Part shown: piece by piece, positions 12,436 to 25,576 of the stretch
How positions within the stretch are numbered: the stretch's first letter is position 1
Layout: the number at the start of each line of letters is the position of its first letter
DNA from: Phoronis australis
Taxonomy: Eukaryota > Animalia > Phoronida
Assembly (NCBI GenBank): GCA_002633005.1
Contig: NMRA01000176.1
Span: 208,607-272,606, forward strand
Direction of reading: 5' to 3'
Length of the DNA: 64,000 nt
Program-made: the position numbers and the translations under genes
Notes under the pieces: generated by a model
The model's input: only the letters and a program-made list of their open reading frames with translations
The model's database searches: none
Told to the model about the DNA's origin: nothing

Positions 12436-13284
12436 ACTATAAAAGGATGTGGATTCGATTGTGGGATTTGGTTCTGAGGATTAGTATTGGGCTGCTCAGT
12501 ACTACGAGACGAAGGGATTCGATTCCGCACGCTTCCGCTTCTTGAAAACTACTCTTCTTGCTGAGAATGTCGGTTTTAGTACTTCACAAACCATTGTGGT
12601 TTAGTGTGGGTGGAGTGTTTTGTCACTCAAAACACATTTGTCATCAGTTGCCATGGTGAATTCCTTGCATGTTAACATATAGATGAATTCTTTAAATATA
12701 GTTCACAAAGCACAGTGCTGATTTGACTAATGGTTCATTTTTTCATAGTTCTTATATGCCACCGACAGCAAGGGCTCTTTTAGTCTAATTCCGTTCACAT
12801 CCCTTTTTGTGAATTAATACTCAGGAAAACAACAAAACACGATAGTTCTTTGGAATATGAGCTGCTTTGATATTCTATGCGTTTTTTTCAGTCTTGAGTT
12901 TTCGTAATGCACTCAATGAATGAGCTTTTTAGCCTTTAAAATAATTATGTCAATGACATATGTCAATGACATACGACACTAAAATTCGTTGCATCGCCAA
13001 CAACGACACGACAGATTTCTGAGGATGAAGATCGACATGTTTGGAAATTAGCGGCAGGACTGATAAAAACTGTCAATGGTACAATGTTTTTCACGGATAG
13101 ATAAGGTTATTTGGAGTGCAACCAATGATGTGTTAGTCAAAAATTCAAATTTTTCTGAGAAATCCATGCACCTAAGGTTCCCACACGTTTGGAACAAAAA
13201 TACAACATTGCGAAAAACGAAGGGTGTGATTTCTAATTATGACTACTATCAGGTGATAGTGCCGATGGATAATATCATCTCATT

Positions 13285-13635
13285 TAACCGGTACCAACCC
13301 GGTTTTGGCTTATTTACATATATTAAAAATGACTTTCCAATCCAGTTCTCTGAAACAAAATAATGCCATGTAACCCTTAGCAACCTCCAAAAGTCTGCTA
13401 AACGGGCACGTGTAATCTACATGTACGTACGCTTTTAGCGAATTACCCTTCAACTGAGGGAAAAGGCCACCCACCAAGGACCATAATGTCCAATCTGTGA
13501 CATAGGGAGTATGGTCGGCTTTTAGTTGATTCCTGCCTTAACTTGGAAGAAGTTGATGCAGATGATGCATAGTTAGCAAGTGACAGAACGAAGATTGGTG
13601 GAAATCATCAAAACACAGTTTAATAACCTTTTAAC
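13285..13635 (+). mobile_element. Copy of the 6915-7275 repeat family
   Basis: gtaccaacccggttttggc..ttctctgaaacaaaataa..ccaatctgtgacatagggagtat..aaatcatcaaaacac. Confidence 0.65.
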
Positions 13636-14363
13636 AACGAGTGGTAGACAGGGATGCAAGTTTGCATTTCAAAGCTGCTATAATATGAAGGACATCTAGA
13701 GGGGGTTTTACTCAACATTTGGGCGTTGTAGAAGATATAGCAACCGATGGTGCCCACGACACGCGGGCGTCGCGAATAATATCGCGCTGTTTTAATAGAA
13801 ATGCACTAAAAATATTAATCATGCAATGGGTTTAGAAATGTAAGCATCAAATTGAAGACCCTTGCACTAAATCTTACGCTGGTCAGCTTTAAATTCCTTT
13901 GTTTGGGATAAGGCTTTTGACTACTACTTTAATCAGTGACATAAACTCAAGTGGTCAGGGTTAGTGCACAATAGCGCTACCTTTAGGAGACTACGTGTGC
14001 CAAGGTTGATGTCCGATTATTCTGGAACTCATTGCGTGCAGAAGCGTTAACGCAAATGAATGTGTCGCGCGCTCAAGTACAATGGGATACAGTCAATGGT
14101 ATTACCTTACTTGCCATATATATTGGCTTAGTCATACGTTGATATTGATTTAATAATAGACGGCTCTCAATCGATCTATTGTGCAAATATATAGAGCGCG
14201 CTAGTTGTGTGTTTGGATTTACAGCAGTCTGCCGTGAGTATTTAGTATACGGGGAACAGGCTTGAACTTCTTCATCTAACGAATAAGTTCAGCAGACACA
14301 GAATGAGGACCTGTCATTTGCTCGAGCGCAACCTAGGACTCGCGTAGGGCCCTGAAACCGTCA

Positions 14364-17300
14364 ATGTCGGTCATTACCAATCTGCGAACGCAGGTGAGTG
14401 GTCATGGACGGACTGCAGGGTCAACACCATGAAAATGCTCTGATCTTCAAACTCTATAGTGCTTGAAAAAGCACAGAAGGGAAGGGTTTGTAAGTCGAAT
14501 GCAATACATAGGCTGCGTGAGAAATAAACGATGTCCACGCATGATCTGTGATTACGTGACTTTTCAATGGGCACTGGCAATATATTCACTTCTTATGCAT
14601 GCGATCAGTCCACTACTACAAATTAATCCCTCTAGGTTAGAGCCAGTAAATACAACAGGACAACTACCAGTTTCCCGACGCCGGCTACAGAAATGAGGAA
14701 GAACGATTTCTTTCTCTCTCCAGTGTCACTCAGATCAATGAGCTCTCATTGTTCAGATCGATGAACACAGAACGGTCATGGAATGTTTACACGTTTAACT
14801 TCAAGTATTATCTTCAATGTGTACACTCCTTAACTTGAAACATTATGGTTTTGGTTGCCTACACACTTACTGGACAATGTATAGGTCAGATTTTTAGAAT
14901 TCAACCAACGACGTAAAACAGCGCGTATATTCTTTTAAAAGGTTTGTAAATTACTAACGGTACTCAAAATTCAAGCCTACAGGTTCAGGTACACTTGAAA
15001 TTTAGGATTTTCAATCATTCGATCTACATGTATATAGGATATCTTTTATTTCTAGATTAAATTTGTTAAGCGTGTTTTAATAACACAGTATACATCGTAA
15101 GTTTATTAATAAGGGTGCCAAATCGACACTATACATCTTCAAAACAATTATAAATGGATTATTTTCGTCAGTTTCAGAGATACTCAGCTGAGACAGCAAT
15201 GGACTGATCATGATTTATAAGTACTTAAGTATATTGGTAAGCAAAGAATTTGTCTACATTCATTTATATTCAACATTTCAATGCTACTTATGTACCTTTG
15301 AGAAAATACTTAGCGAACTTTTATCTCGATAGAAGCATTTAAATTTCTTTTAAATAAGTCGACTGTCAAAAACACGGACTAACGTTTGCTGAAGATAGTT
15401 TAACGATGTAGAAGTGGCGTGCGTTCAGAAACGCTAGGACCTACGCTAGTACTTAGCTAAAACCTAGCCAAAGTCAATTGTTCTCATTAGAAATACACGG
15501 CAACATCTCACGCAATCTCGCGAAGTCTTCTTTTTCAGCGAGGTCCTAGCGTTACTGAACGGGAAGCTGGTCTCAATTTTTCGGTACTTAGGTTAAAAAT
15601 GTTGCAGGGTCGGATCCAGGATTTTAAGTTAGGGTGGGTCAGGGCAGAAGATTAGCCAGGATTTTTACGGTTAGCCATTCGCTCCGCCGAACTGCCAAAT
15701 GGAATCTGGGAGAATTATAGGGGGCATGGCCCCCTTTTGACCCCCTCTAAATCCGCCACTGTATTGTCTGCATGGGCTTAGGGAGAAAATGCAGTTCGCT
15801 AATGCTTGAAGCCATGATCGGGCAATCGAATAATCCAGGATATATCATGATGTATATCAAGCCAATTTATTGAGACAGGTCTTGAGGGATAGTGAACAAT
15901 CATTTTTTCAACCTCCGGAATCCCTTGTAATCTGTCAGAAGCAATGTATTAGGAATATTCCCGTATCCCTAACTGGTTCAAATTACGAAATGTTTTGACA
16001 GGAGGCGGGTGAGGGTCTATAGCAATTTAAATTATTTCGTACTTCTACACATGTTTGAGACGTCTTTCCTGATTGCAAAATATAAACGCGAATGGTGCGT
16101 GGGATGTGTCGGCTAACGGTATAGTTATTGGTTTTACAAGTCTTGTCTTGTGAGAAAACAGAAGGAAAGCAAAACGAACTTTTATAGAAGACGGATATCC
16201 AAGTAAGCTTGCGAAGAAAATAAATTTTATGGTTTGTCACTCTCGTTGAAGATTTGCATCGTGTCTACGCTCTGCAGCAGCGTGTTTTCCCAACGGTTGA
16301 CGTCAAACTGTTCAACGAAGACAGCGAACTGCACGGGAGACCAAATTTACTATTGTTTTCCCAACCCGCTCAACAATGGTTGCTACCCACGGGTCAACTG
16401 TATCTCAGGTTTGTTGTAGACTAGCTAGGAAATTGGCAGACAACTAAAACGAGGACTGGATATAGAGCTGACTGTAGTAAATCGATGATTTTATTAAAAT
16501 GAAATTTTATAATGATAAGAAAGTGTCAAATCAAGTTAAGATTGTACGTCATTAATCAGTAACATGTATATTTATGTATGCTGACAGACATTCAGTATTC
16601 CAAGATATTCTTTCACTTGTTTTCACAAAGAACAGATTTTGAGCTATGGAATGAAAAATGTGTCCTTGAATAGAATTATTTCGTTAATTTAAGACCTGTA
16701 GCTCGCAGGCTTTTGTCGTCATTTTTACTATGACTACGTCTAAGTTTAAGCAACATTTCGCGTTGTTAGACTGCCAGAAAAACAAAAATCGATTTTGGCC
16801 ATTTTTATTGCAAAATATATTTTCATCTTCCCTCCATCTCAACTAATCACAGGTAGTGCAAACTACCCCCCGACGTTTTTGAATGCGCAGTCTTAGGTTG
16901 GTAGCTTTAGCAGGTAAATTAGGTATCTTTCAACCATGGTGGCGATTTTGTTGGTTAAGCTCTAGTCATGTCTAGGCTAGAAATTCAAAAATTAAACTGA
17001 GGTCTAAAAGTAACTATTGTAAATAATTTTTATTTCAAACTATTTTGTATCAGCTTCGTACGAACTCTGGCAGTAAAGATATGCTCAATATTATATGTTC
17101 CCAGGTTCTTTCGTGGCTATCACTCCGCCGGCTACCAACTCGTCCCTAGGTCCATCATTGACGTGTAAGAAATGTTCACAGGGCCAGACAACGAACGCTA
17201 CCAACTCGCTCAAATGCTATGAAGTGTGAGTATAGTGTAGACTGCCATCTAGCGACACGCCAAAGTCTTCCGTCCTTACGAACCAAACGGGCGCTCACAC

Positions 17301-19144
17301 AAAGGGCGCTCTTTTCTCCTCAACACACTTCTTTTCTTGCGAGTCGCAGCTCTTTTGTCGCTCACCGTATTAATTACGAAAACATTTCCCTTCAACCTCA
17401 GTTCTCCTCACTATCTGACAGTGATAAGAGTCGTGCGTCAGCACGCTCGTGGTACAGTGTGTCAAATGCCTGCATAACAAAAGGGGAAAATTAACGAAAT
17501 GGCAAGAAAAGAACAGCGGTAAGAAAGGAAACGCAAAACGGGAGAACAAATTTGTAGTCCTAAATGAAAACGGAGACTGTGAAGGAATTTGATGGCTCCC
17601 ATTGCTAAACAATGTTTACGAATTCCGAAAAATCGCCTTTTGTTTTTACACATGCCATGATAGAACGTGATTTTTATCTAGAACTTGGACCATCCTTCCC
17701 AAAACGTGGACCGGTTAATATAATTTTCAGGTGAAATATCATTCGATTTGGGTGGTAGAACCAACTGCAATCGCAATTTGTGTCAAAAAAATCTTTCACA
17801 ACCATTTATGAGAGTTTACCAGTCTGTTTTATGGTTTCCGTGTCTGCTGTAAGTAGCTAGGCTACGTGTGGGAGGGAAGCTTTGTTTAACGCCGGGTCTC
17901 ATGTAGATAGTCTGATGCAAAGTCGACGTGGCAAGCACTGGTCATAGTTTTGGCAAGCTGCTATTGTCGTATGCATTTCTCGACACTCGTACTCCGCATC
18001 GAGTAATCCATTATTTTCGTGTTTCAGCTGCCCAGACGGACAGACGATGCTGGAAGGAAACGTGGTAGGCGACGCCAGATGTACAGAGAAGCGGAAGAAA
18101 TTAAATTACGAGACTGTTATTTTCATCATCTGCGGCATCGTGGGATTCTTTTGTATGTAACAAAGAAGTTTTCTTGTGTAACTTAAGGCCAAAAAGCAAA
18201 GTAGGTTCTGGTGTCTCTTTTTATTTGAAACCGAGTCAGTGTTGCTGTTATTCTTTATTTGTAGGAGACTTCACCTTAAAGGAACAAAACTGATGTGAGA
18301 TCTGTTGTATTTTTTACTCATCGCGGACTTTCATGCTTTGCTTACCCTTCCTTAAGTGCCTTTGTTCAACCTTTCAAAAACACACGAAACCTTCCCTGAA
18401 ATTGATTCGGGCATGCATTTTCTTTTAAGTTCGGCGAGCGCAGGTAGTGGTAGAAATCTGAACCAACAATTCTTTTCTGTCCTAAAGAGACGTTTCTATC
18501 TTGCTCCATACAAGTCACTGCCAAAAGCGCAGCTTGTGAACCAGGTTACACAATCACAAATCTGTCATGATAGACAATGATTTCCAACCTCAAGCATATC
18601 ATTCAGGGCAATCATGAAATAACTTAAGCCTACAGTTTTGACAGGGTTGCAACCCTTCCAAACAGGTCCGCTTCATGTCGGTAGTAGGTAAACTTTCAAC
18701 CCACCCTTTGATGGTAGAAGCAAATGCTGTGATGGCAAGGTTTGTGGTAGTGAACCGGAATATTCGTGATTTACATGTTTTGAGTGCTGTGCCTGCTTAT
18801 GGCTGTAGGAACGAAATGCACTTACAATGAAAAATCATTTATTTTTCATTGATTTTTTTCTAATTGATCGAATCGTTTTGGGTGACTAGGTGTTTCTGTA
18901 AGCTTAGTCGATAACACGAAAATCGTACTTTTGATTAGATATGAATGTTTTGATATTTTTTTCAGTGTTGTGCATCATAACATGGCGTTGTGTTCGATAC
19001 AGTAAATGCTACAGGCAACAAGTTCACACGGCTAAAGATCGAAGACACGCATGCGCAGCATTTTGCGTGCGGCACTTCTGCCCGGAATGTTGTGAGTTGA
19101 CCAAAACACCTGTTATGTGTGGTGTCAACAAAATAGTTATGTAG
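14364..19144 (+). CDS. TNF-receptor-superfamily-like cysteine-rich type I membrane protein (~203 aa)
   Basis: Phase-compatible exons 14364-14393, 16252-16408, 17105-17225, 18028-18152, 18966-19144 (612 nt). Signal peptide MSVITNLRTQICIVSTLCSSVFS; TNFR-like TCKKCSQGQTTNATNSLKCYEVCPDG..EGNVVGDARC; TM TVIFIICGIVGFFLLCIITW; Cys/His-rich tail. AATAAA at 19301. Exon 2 uses an AAG acceptor, which is less common. Confidence 0.72.
15418..15570. mobile_element. ~150-bp MITE family; copies at ~23615-23761 and ~62635-62785 (inverted)
   Basis: TIRs gttcagtaacgctaggac ... gtcctagcgttactgaac in all three copies. Confidence 0.8.
15605..15762 (+). repeat. Short 'ggcggatcc' interspersed repeat; inverted copy at ~58270-58416, relatives at ~57930-58080 and ~63655-63765
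   Basis: cggatccaggatttt..ttagccaggatttt..gaactgccaaatggaa..ggggcatggcccc matches the reverse complement at 58270-58416. Confidence 0.7.
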
Positions 19145-20409
19145 CAACAAATCAGGATCAGAACCCAACGCCATTCCCAGTTAATCTTATCAAGCAAATT
19201 GAAATCTTTTTTTCTTACGTAACTACTCGGTGGTGTAGTGGTTAGAATACCTTGATGACAATCTAGATGCCCCAGGTTCAACCCATTGACTTGCACTAAG
19301 AATAAAGCGCTCATCATTGACCATCAGAAGTGTACAAATACACACATGCTCGTTCTTCTAAGAACTTGAAGATGGCAAAGACATCACGGCGGACCGAAAC
19401 GCCGTGTCAGTGTAAATAGGTTCGATCAGATACCAGAACATATAGAACAGATCAGTGTCAAATAGTTATCTGCAGACGAGTTACGTGTCTAATTTACTAC
19501 CCAAGCCAACAAACCGTTTGACTAGTGTTGTCATAAACGTGCGTCATTGTAGCCTAGTATCCAAATCATCCCAGAAATGAGGGAAGATATAGTACCTGTA
19601 CGTGTCGTTTGTTTATTGCTGCGATTTCTTACGAATGCATCCATTAAATGGCAGCAGCCCGTCTGTGAATGCACTGTGTGGGTTCGAATGACATACCTAA
19701 CCCAACTGTATCAATGTCATGGTGGCCTGGTACGACCTACCCGCGATATATTATGCCCATGTATTGCTCTATGTGCAGTCAACAAATAGAGAGAGAGAGA
19801 GAGAGATAGTAAAAGCCATTCTTAATACAGATAGTCATGCATCTATACAAGTCGTTCCTAGTTGCTAAGCGCATCTTAAAGTGACAAGAGAGGGACTTGT
19901 AGTAGTCGAAGGTTAAAACAAAACTAAGGTTTTACTAAGACTAGAGCTGCTTGCATGAAAGCCACCTACCGTCCCGTAACAAGCATTGCGCGGGGGTGGT
20001 TCGAACTTCTGGTACGGTGGATCTTTGATATTTTACAAACGTCGACACTTCAGAGTTTCCAGTAAGGCCCTTGACGCAGTTTCACAAGGGGGAGGGAAAT
20101 CTACATACACAACGACGACTCTCAGCTCTATGTTCCCAACAGATCAGACGGAATTCGTAATACCAAAAACGAGGATTCCCTGACGGTTGCTCACAAAGAA
20201 CGGGAGCCAAATTCGGATGTAATGTGGTCCAGAAAGAGAATGTTCCCGCGTTACCCCCTGCCAAACTTTCAAACCGGGCGTGCTTAAATGAGTGATTACA
20301 CCTCATACATACTCGGTTGGAAATATTTAATCGAAGCATGATTGACTTGAATATTTTGATCTGGTTGTATTTTGCGTGTTACTTAACTTGCTTACATCGC
20401 TGGAAATGG

Positions 20410-21256
20410 GAACAGCCCAGTATTCCAAAGGTTCACTACTCTGAAGGTTCACTTCTCCGAAAAAATCTAAAATTTCGAACTTGGGTGTGTCAGGCATCCC
20501 CTTTACCTGCAGAAATAAACGACACTTCGGTTATTAGAGGCACTAGGTGGTCTACCTATGCTTAAACAACGCCCGGATTTCATGCGCATGGGAAATTGCC
20601 CGCATGTCTTTTGAAAACGAAAAATGAGTACGTAATGGGATTTTTAAAAAATTAAGAAGTAGGAATATTGATGAATTATCAACCATGATACATTCATCAA
20701 ATCCATGCAAGGTCGCATCATTTCACAGCGTGACTGAGCTAGTTTAGGGCTGCTGCCCCTCAAACTCACCCATCGGAACCACGCGCATGGCCGGGTCGAA
20801 ACTAAACGGTAGGCTACCCTGTCCCTACCAGTCTTCACGAAGTCGGAGAGTCCCATTCAGTCGTCTTGAATTTAAAATCGTCGCTATTAGTTGCTGAAGT
20901 CTTGACCTAATGTTGTCCCTGCTTCAGACTGAATGAGTTGATAGCCATATTGAAGAGTCACAATTGGCAGTGCCTTGGAAGTGAGCTCATTTGTAAACAA
21001 TGTAATCAATGTTTTAAGAACTATTCAACTTTTGTACACCCTTTAAATAGTTACTAAATGGGCACAAATACAATACTTTTCTCATGTCAGTTCCGACTCG
21101 TTAGCACACAAGGCAGAGTAATGAACTTTCGGAGTTTTGGTTTCGGAATTGTGGACATTCGAAGTAGAGTGAACTTTCGAAGGTAGCGAACCTTCGCAGT
21201 AACTTCGGAGTAGTCGACTTTTGGAGTGGTGAACATTCGGAATAGTGACATGTAAC
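20410..21256. mobile_element. Possible foldback-type DNA element with arms made of short subrepeats
   Basis: The left arm has repeated aaggttcactactc-gaa; the right arm (21115-21250) has about 6 inverted copies of ttcggagtagtgaac-. Confidence 0.45.
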
Positions 21257-21414
21257 CTTGGAAATCTTTTCCGTCAAGTTATTTGCTCGTATGACGCACT
21301 GGTTGACAAGAGAAGACTTTCTTCATTGACCAAAGTTTATATTAGGTCTAGACCTAATTTTCCCTAATATTATGAACGGGGTTTTCATAGTGCAAGAAAA
21401 TACGGTAGTTCATG

Positions 21415-21548
21415 TGGGTGCAGCACTGACAAAAGTGAGGCCTATATCCCCCCTGTGGTGCACCGCCCCCCCGGCATAACCATGGGCGGCGCAGCACTGA
21501 AGAAAGTGGTGACTATAGCCCTCCAAACCCCTATGGTGCGCCGCCCAT
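21415..21548 (+). repeat. Two tandem copies of a ~70-bp hairpin-ended repeat; third copy at 62234-62313
   Basis: tgggcggcgcagcactga...cccctatggtgcgccgccca, with self-complementary ends. Confidence 0.6.
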
Positions 21549-23614
21549 TTAGTTAAATGTCTGATTTTTGAGCAACGACGGAGGATTGCCTGTAGTGAAT
21601 TTAATTATCATAGGCGTGTACTGAATTTAAAAGAATGGAAGCGCACACACGTGTATACGCATGCATGTGATCCACCAATCCACAACCAAAGTGGCCGGAA
21701 ATTTGTAAATGTCTGCATTTTACCGTACTCTGCCACTATCAAAATAGCAGATAAACCTACTTTTGGCTATATTGTTTCTTGGTCGATTTTAAGACGTTCA
21801 CACGGAACTACCTTTTGGGAACTCTCTCGCTGCTATATAGCCTATTTAGGTATAGACATTTACTTCTAGGCTCCCGTGTTACCCTATGTTGTAGCCACCA
21901 CACACGTTCAATACCGATGAATAACATAAAGCCTCCTCTAATCGTCTGTACGATCCTGATCATCAAACACCATTCAGGCGAAGTTGACCGGGTACGGCCC
22001 GATAATTACGTGAACTAAATTCAAAATTATTAGTGACTTAGTTATCATTGCAGTTAGCAGTACCAGTAATTGCAACAATTTTGTTGTTGTCTATCTATAT
22101 CCCATCTTTAACGGATAGGTCGGGCTGGACCTTTTCCGCGGGGGGGCAGGTTCGATCGAACCACCCGAACCCCCCCCCCCTGGCTACCGACGGGCCTGGT
22201 TAGTCACAAATAAAACTAAGTACCCGGTAATTCGTTTTAACAATTTTCTCACTACATGAGTGAAACACAAACCTGTGTTGAGTATCAACAAAGTGATTAT
22301 ATATTTATGTAAAAGTTGTACATGTACAATTATCTAGGGTTTACAATTCAAACTACGGAGGCAATAATGGGAGAGACTAAAATAAGGTACAAATTAAGAA
22401 TGATGCAACCTAAACTCTAACATGGTTGACACAATAGTATTCCTTAAGATAGCACACTCTTTTTTCAGATACTCGTCAAAATTATCGTACCGACGGAGAT
22501 AATCCCACTGCAACGGGAAACACGCAACGTGACGCACACACCAGCGGAACCGCCAGAACTTCAGAACAAGATGGTTTTCGCAACCCTGCCTTCAGTGAGA
22601 CTTCTATTGACAGATATTGAAAGGATATTAAAATAGCCTCAGCATCTATCAAATAACTATCGGTTTCCATAGCTTTCTGAAAATTACATTTTTACTAAAA
22701 TAATTATATTTTAACCGTCCAAACAAGAGGTACGCTGGTTGGGCTTACGTGATACTGGTAAAATAACATCACCGTTTTTTCAGCATTCCCTTGGAATTGA
22801 TAGTCTAATCTGCAACTGAAATGAAAAGGTCTTACTGGCAAATTTTAGAAGGGACGATCAACCAGGCTGCTGATTTTCTTATCAAAAGAGTAAATGGCCT
22901 CCACACTGTAACTTACGGTACGTAGACGCTTCGTTAAAAGTGAAAAAGGTTGTGTACTGCGTCTGCTCCCAGCTACACCGTTGAAATGCATTGGACTTTG
23001 CGAGCCTACGTAATATATTGCCAGGTATTTTAAGTGAGAGCACGTGACTTTTGCTAGATTCTAGCGTTGCTGAACACACGTCTGGCCTCCACGAAAATCA
23101 CAAATGCTGATTTGAAGGGCCGGAAGAAGTGGTAACGTTTTGATTCCGGAGTTTGTGTCAGATGATCAAGTGGGAATCGGTGCAGTTTTAAGTATTTTTT
23201 TAAACTGAGCTACGCTTGCAATGACTTCAAAAAACGGGTAATCAAGAGACATTTCTACCAAAGTTGGGACTGAAAGGGGTGTTATCAAGTTTTGAAAACA
23301 TCGCTCTCAACTTTTAGTTGAAGAATGAGGTTACCGAAAATTTTGCACGCGCCGGGTCTTCAGACATTACAATACGAGCCTGTGCGTCATGCATTTGTGA
23401 CGACTCAGTAGCAAGATATTTTTAATGTTTGTCACAAATTTTTTGGCCAAGGATACACTAACAAGCTCACATATTTAATAGAGGCCGAGTTTGCGGCACG
23501 TCCGAAATCAACATTCGGGAAGCTTTCCCGTGTATTTAAATATTCTCTACTTGGTTGAATCAGTTGGAAACCATTGTTTTGATCAGTTTACTTGTTCAAA
23601 TCAAAATCATTGCC

Positions 23615-23761
23615 AAGCGTGCATTCAGTAACGCTAGGACACAGCTAAAATCTAGTTATATGATAGTCATGTGTTCGCAGTTAGAATAAACGGCAATATC
23701 TTACATAATCTTGCGAATTCTTGCTTTTTAGCGGTCCTAGCGTGACTGAACGGGAGGCTGG
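23615..23761. mobile_element. Copy of the 15418 MITE
   Basis: ttcagtaacgctaggac ... gtcctagcgtgactgaacgggaggctgg. Confidence 0.8.
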
Positions 23762-25576
23762 AGGCTTGAGACACACATGATGTTTATGAACGTTACCCAA
23801 TGCCAAATTTTTTAATGTTAAAAGGATTGTTGTACAGAGTGAATTAATATGTAGTTTGTAATGGTTTGAAGAATAGTTGTTGTTTGTTGAGAAGACAGTT
23901 GTTTCATAATAAAGTTTTATTTACTTTCGAAAGGATTGTACCAGACAATACAGTTTCTAATAAGGCCAAAATAGAATAACTGGTTCTAGTCAGTGTGGTG
24001 TTTTGACAAATTGGTGAGGAATTTTTCAGTCGTCCCCATCTTCAAAAAGAAAGTCACGTGATGCCACCTGGAATGGATCCGATCCTTCCTTTTTTAACCC
24101 AGCGCCACCTGATGCCATCGTACAAAATGGTTTCACAATGAGTATGACACATATTTTAACCAGTTATGCTATTTTTGCCTAACCTGAAGCACTAGCAGGA
24201 TGGACAAATAACCTCATATATTCAGTAAATATTCAGTGATGGCCCTAACAGACAAAGTTACAAACAAATGGCGACAACAGAATTTAACAGTTACATTCTG
24301 GAACAGTGAAAGAAACATGCCACGTTCTTGTTTACATATTTCAAAAAGACGCAGTGTATACATCAATAGCAAAATTTAAAAACGATACACAATGATTTTA
24401 TAATTCATATTTAGGAATAAAGAATTAATCTCTGGACATTCAAATGCCATTACACATTTTCAATCAAAATATGATAATTCTGGAGCGGAAGATTTTGTTT
24501 GGCATGAAATCATTTAATATCAAATTGTTTTTGCTTACTTTCAATCTGACAAAATGTACAAGAGCCTCTCAAAGAATAATTCGCATTATTAAATATTATT
24601 ATATAATTTTACAACATACAATTCTAAAAAGAAGATCAAAATGCAGACAAATTAACAGGTCTGCGAATACACCAGAACAAATCCTCCAAAATCAAGATAT
24701 CTAGCAGGCACCAGCTCTCTGCTCCGCTGCTTATAAAGAAATTCACAACCTCTCAAGATGTTATCTATAACTACTCATTTACAACACAAGCGTGTATACC
24801 CAAAGTGTTGTCTAATGAACATATTAAACAAACACCCTTCAAACATAAAGAACAAAGGGAATGTTCTAATATTTCTCATTGTCCTGATTTTACGCAACAC
24901 GTAGTGATTTTACTTAAAATAAACCCTGTCTAATTTTGTAATAAGCCAATTAATTCATCATAAACTAAGCCATATTCCACATCATTGGCTTCCTGCATAA
25001 ATATTGAATTATGGTCTCAATTTATTATTAATTGGGTCATGTGACTATGACTTTCTAGTGAAATTTAGAAAAAGAAGAAAAGCACATGGATAACAAAACA
25101 ACAGAATGAATAACATGATTAATTTCAATTATTCGATATATAATTAATGTTTAAGGTCAGATCTCGAAATACTGTTTCAATTTTCTAAAATTTCACTCCG
25201 TTTTGGTTTTATGCAACTTTATTTTTTTCCAAGAAAATCACAAAAGCCAATTTTTTCATAGTCCCTCATGCAAAGACAAAAATTTTTAAAACAATCCTAA
25301 CAGCGTTTTGGAGAACAATGCATAAAGCAAAGTATCTGAAAGTTTCATATGAATCCATTTGGTTGTTCCTGAGATATGTTTTAAAGCCAGCCAAACTTGG
25401 GCATGTCTGTAAGGTCTGACATAATCTTAAACAGCAAAAAAAAGTACCAGCAGCCCAGAGCAAACAAAATAATGTGATCAGTTCACTCATAATCTACGGC
25501 ATATGAAAGCAACGTGAACCTCATCGCATATAAAGCGAGCTATAACCTAACATAGTGTTCTCTGTCCTTCAACTCA

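Noticed and set aside
19224-19297. tRNA-like sequence (A-box ggtgtagtggtt, B-box ggttcaacc); similar B-boxes near 8075, 12520 and 32575
   Set aside because: No complete cloverleaf pairing. Most likely decayed tRNA-derived SINE heads.
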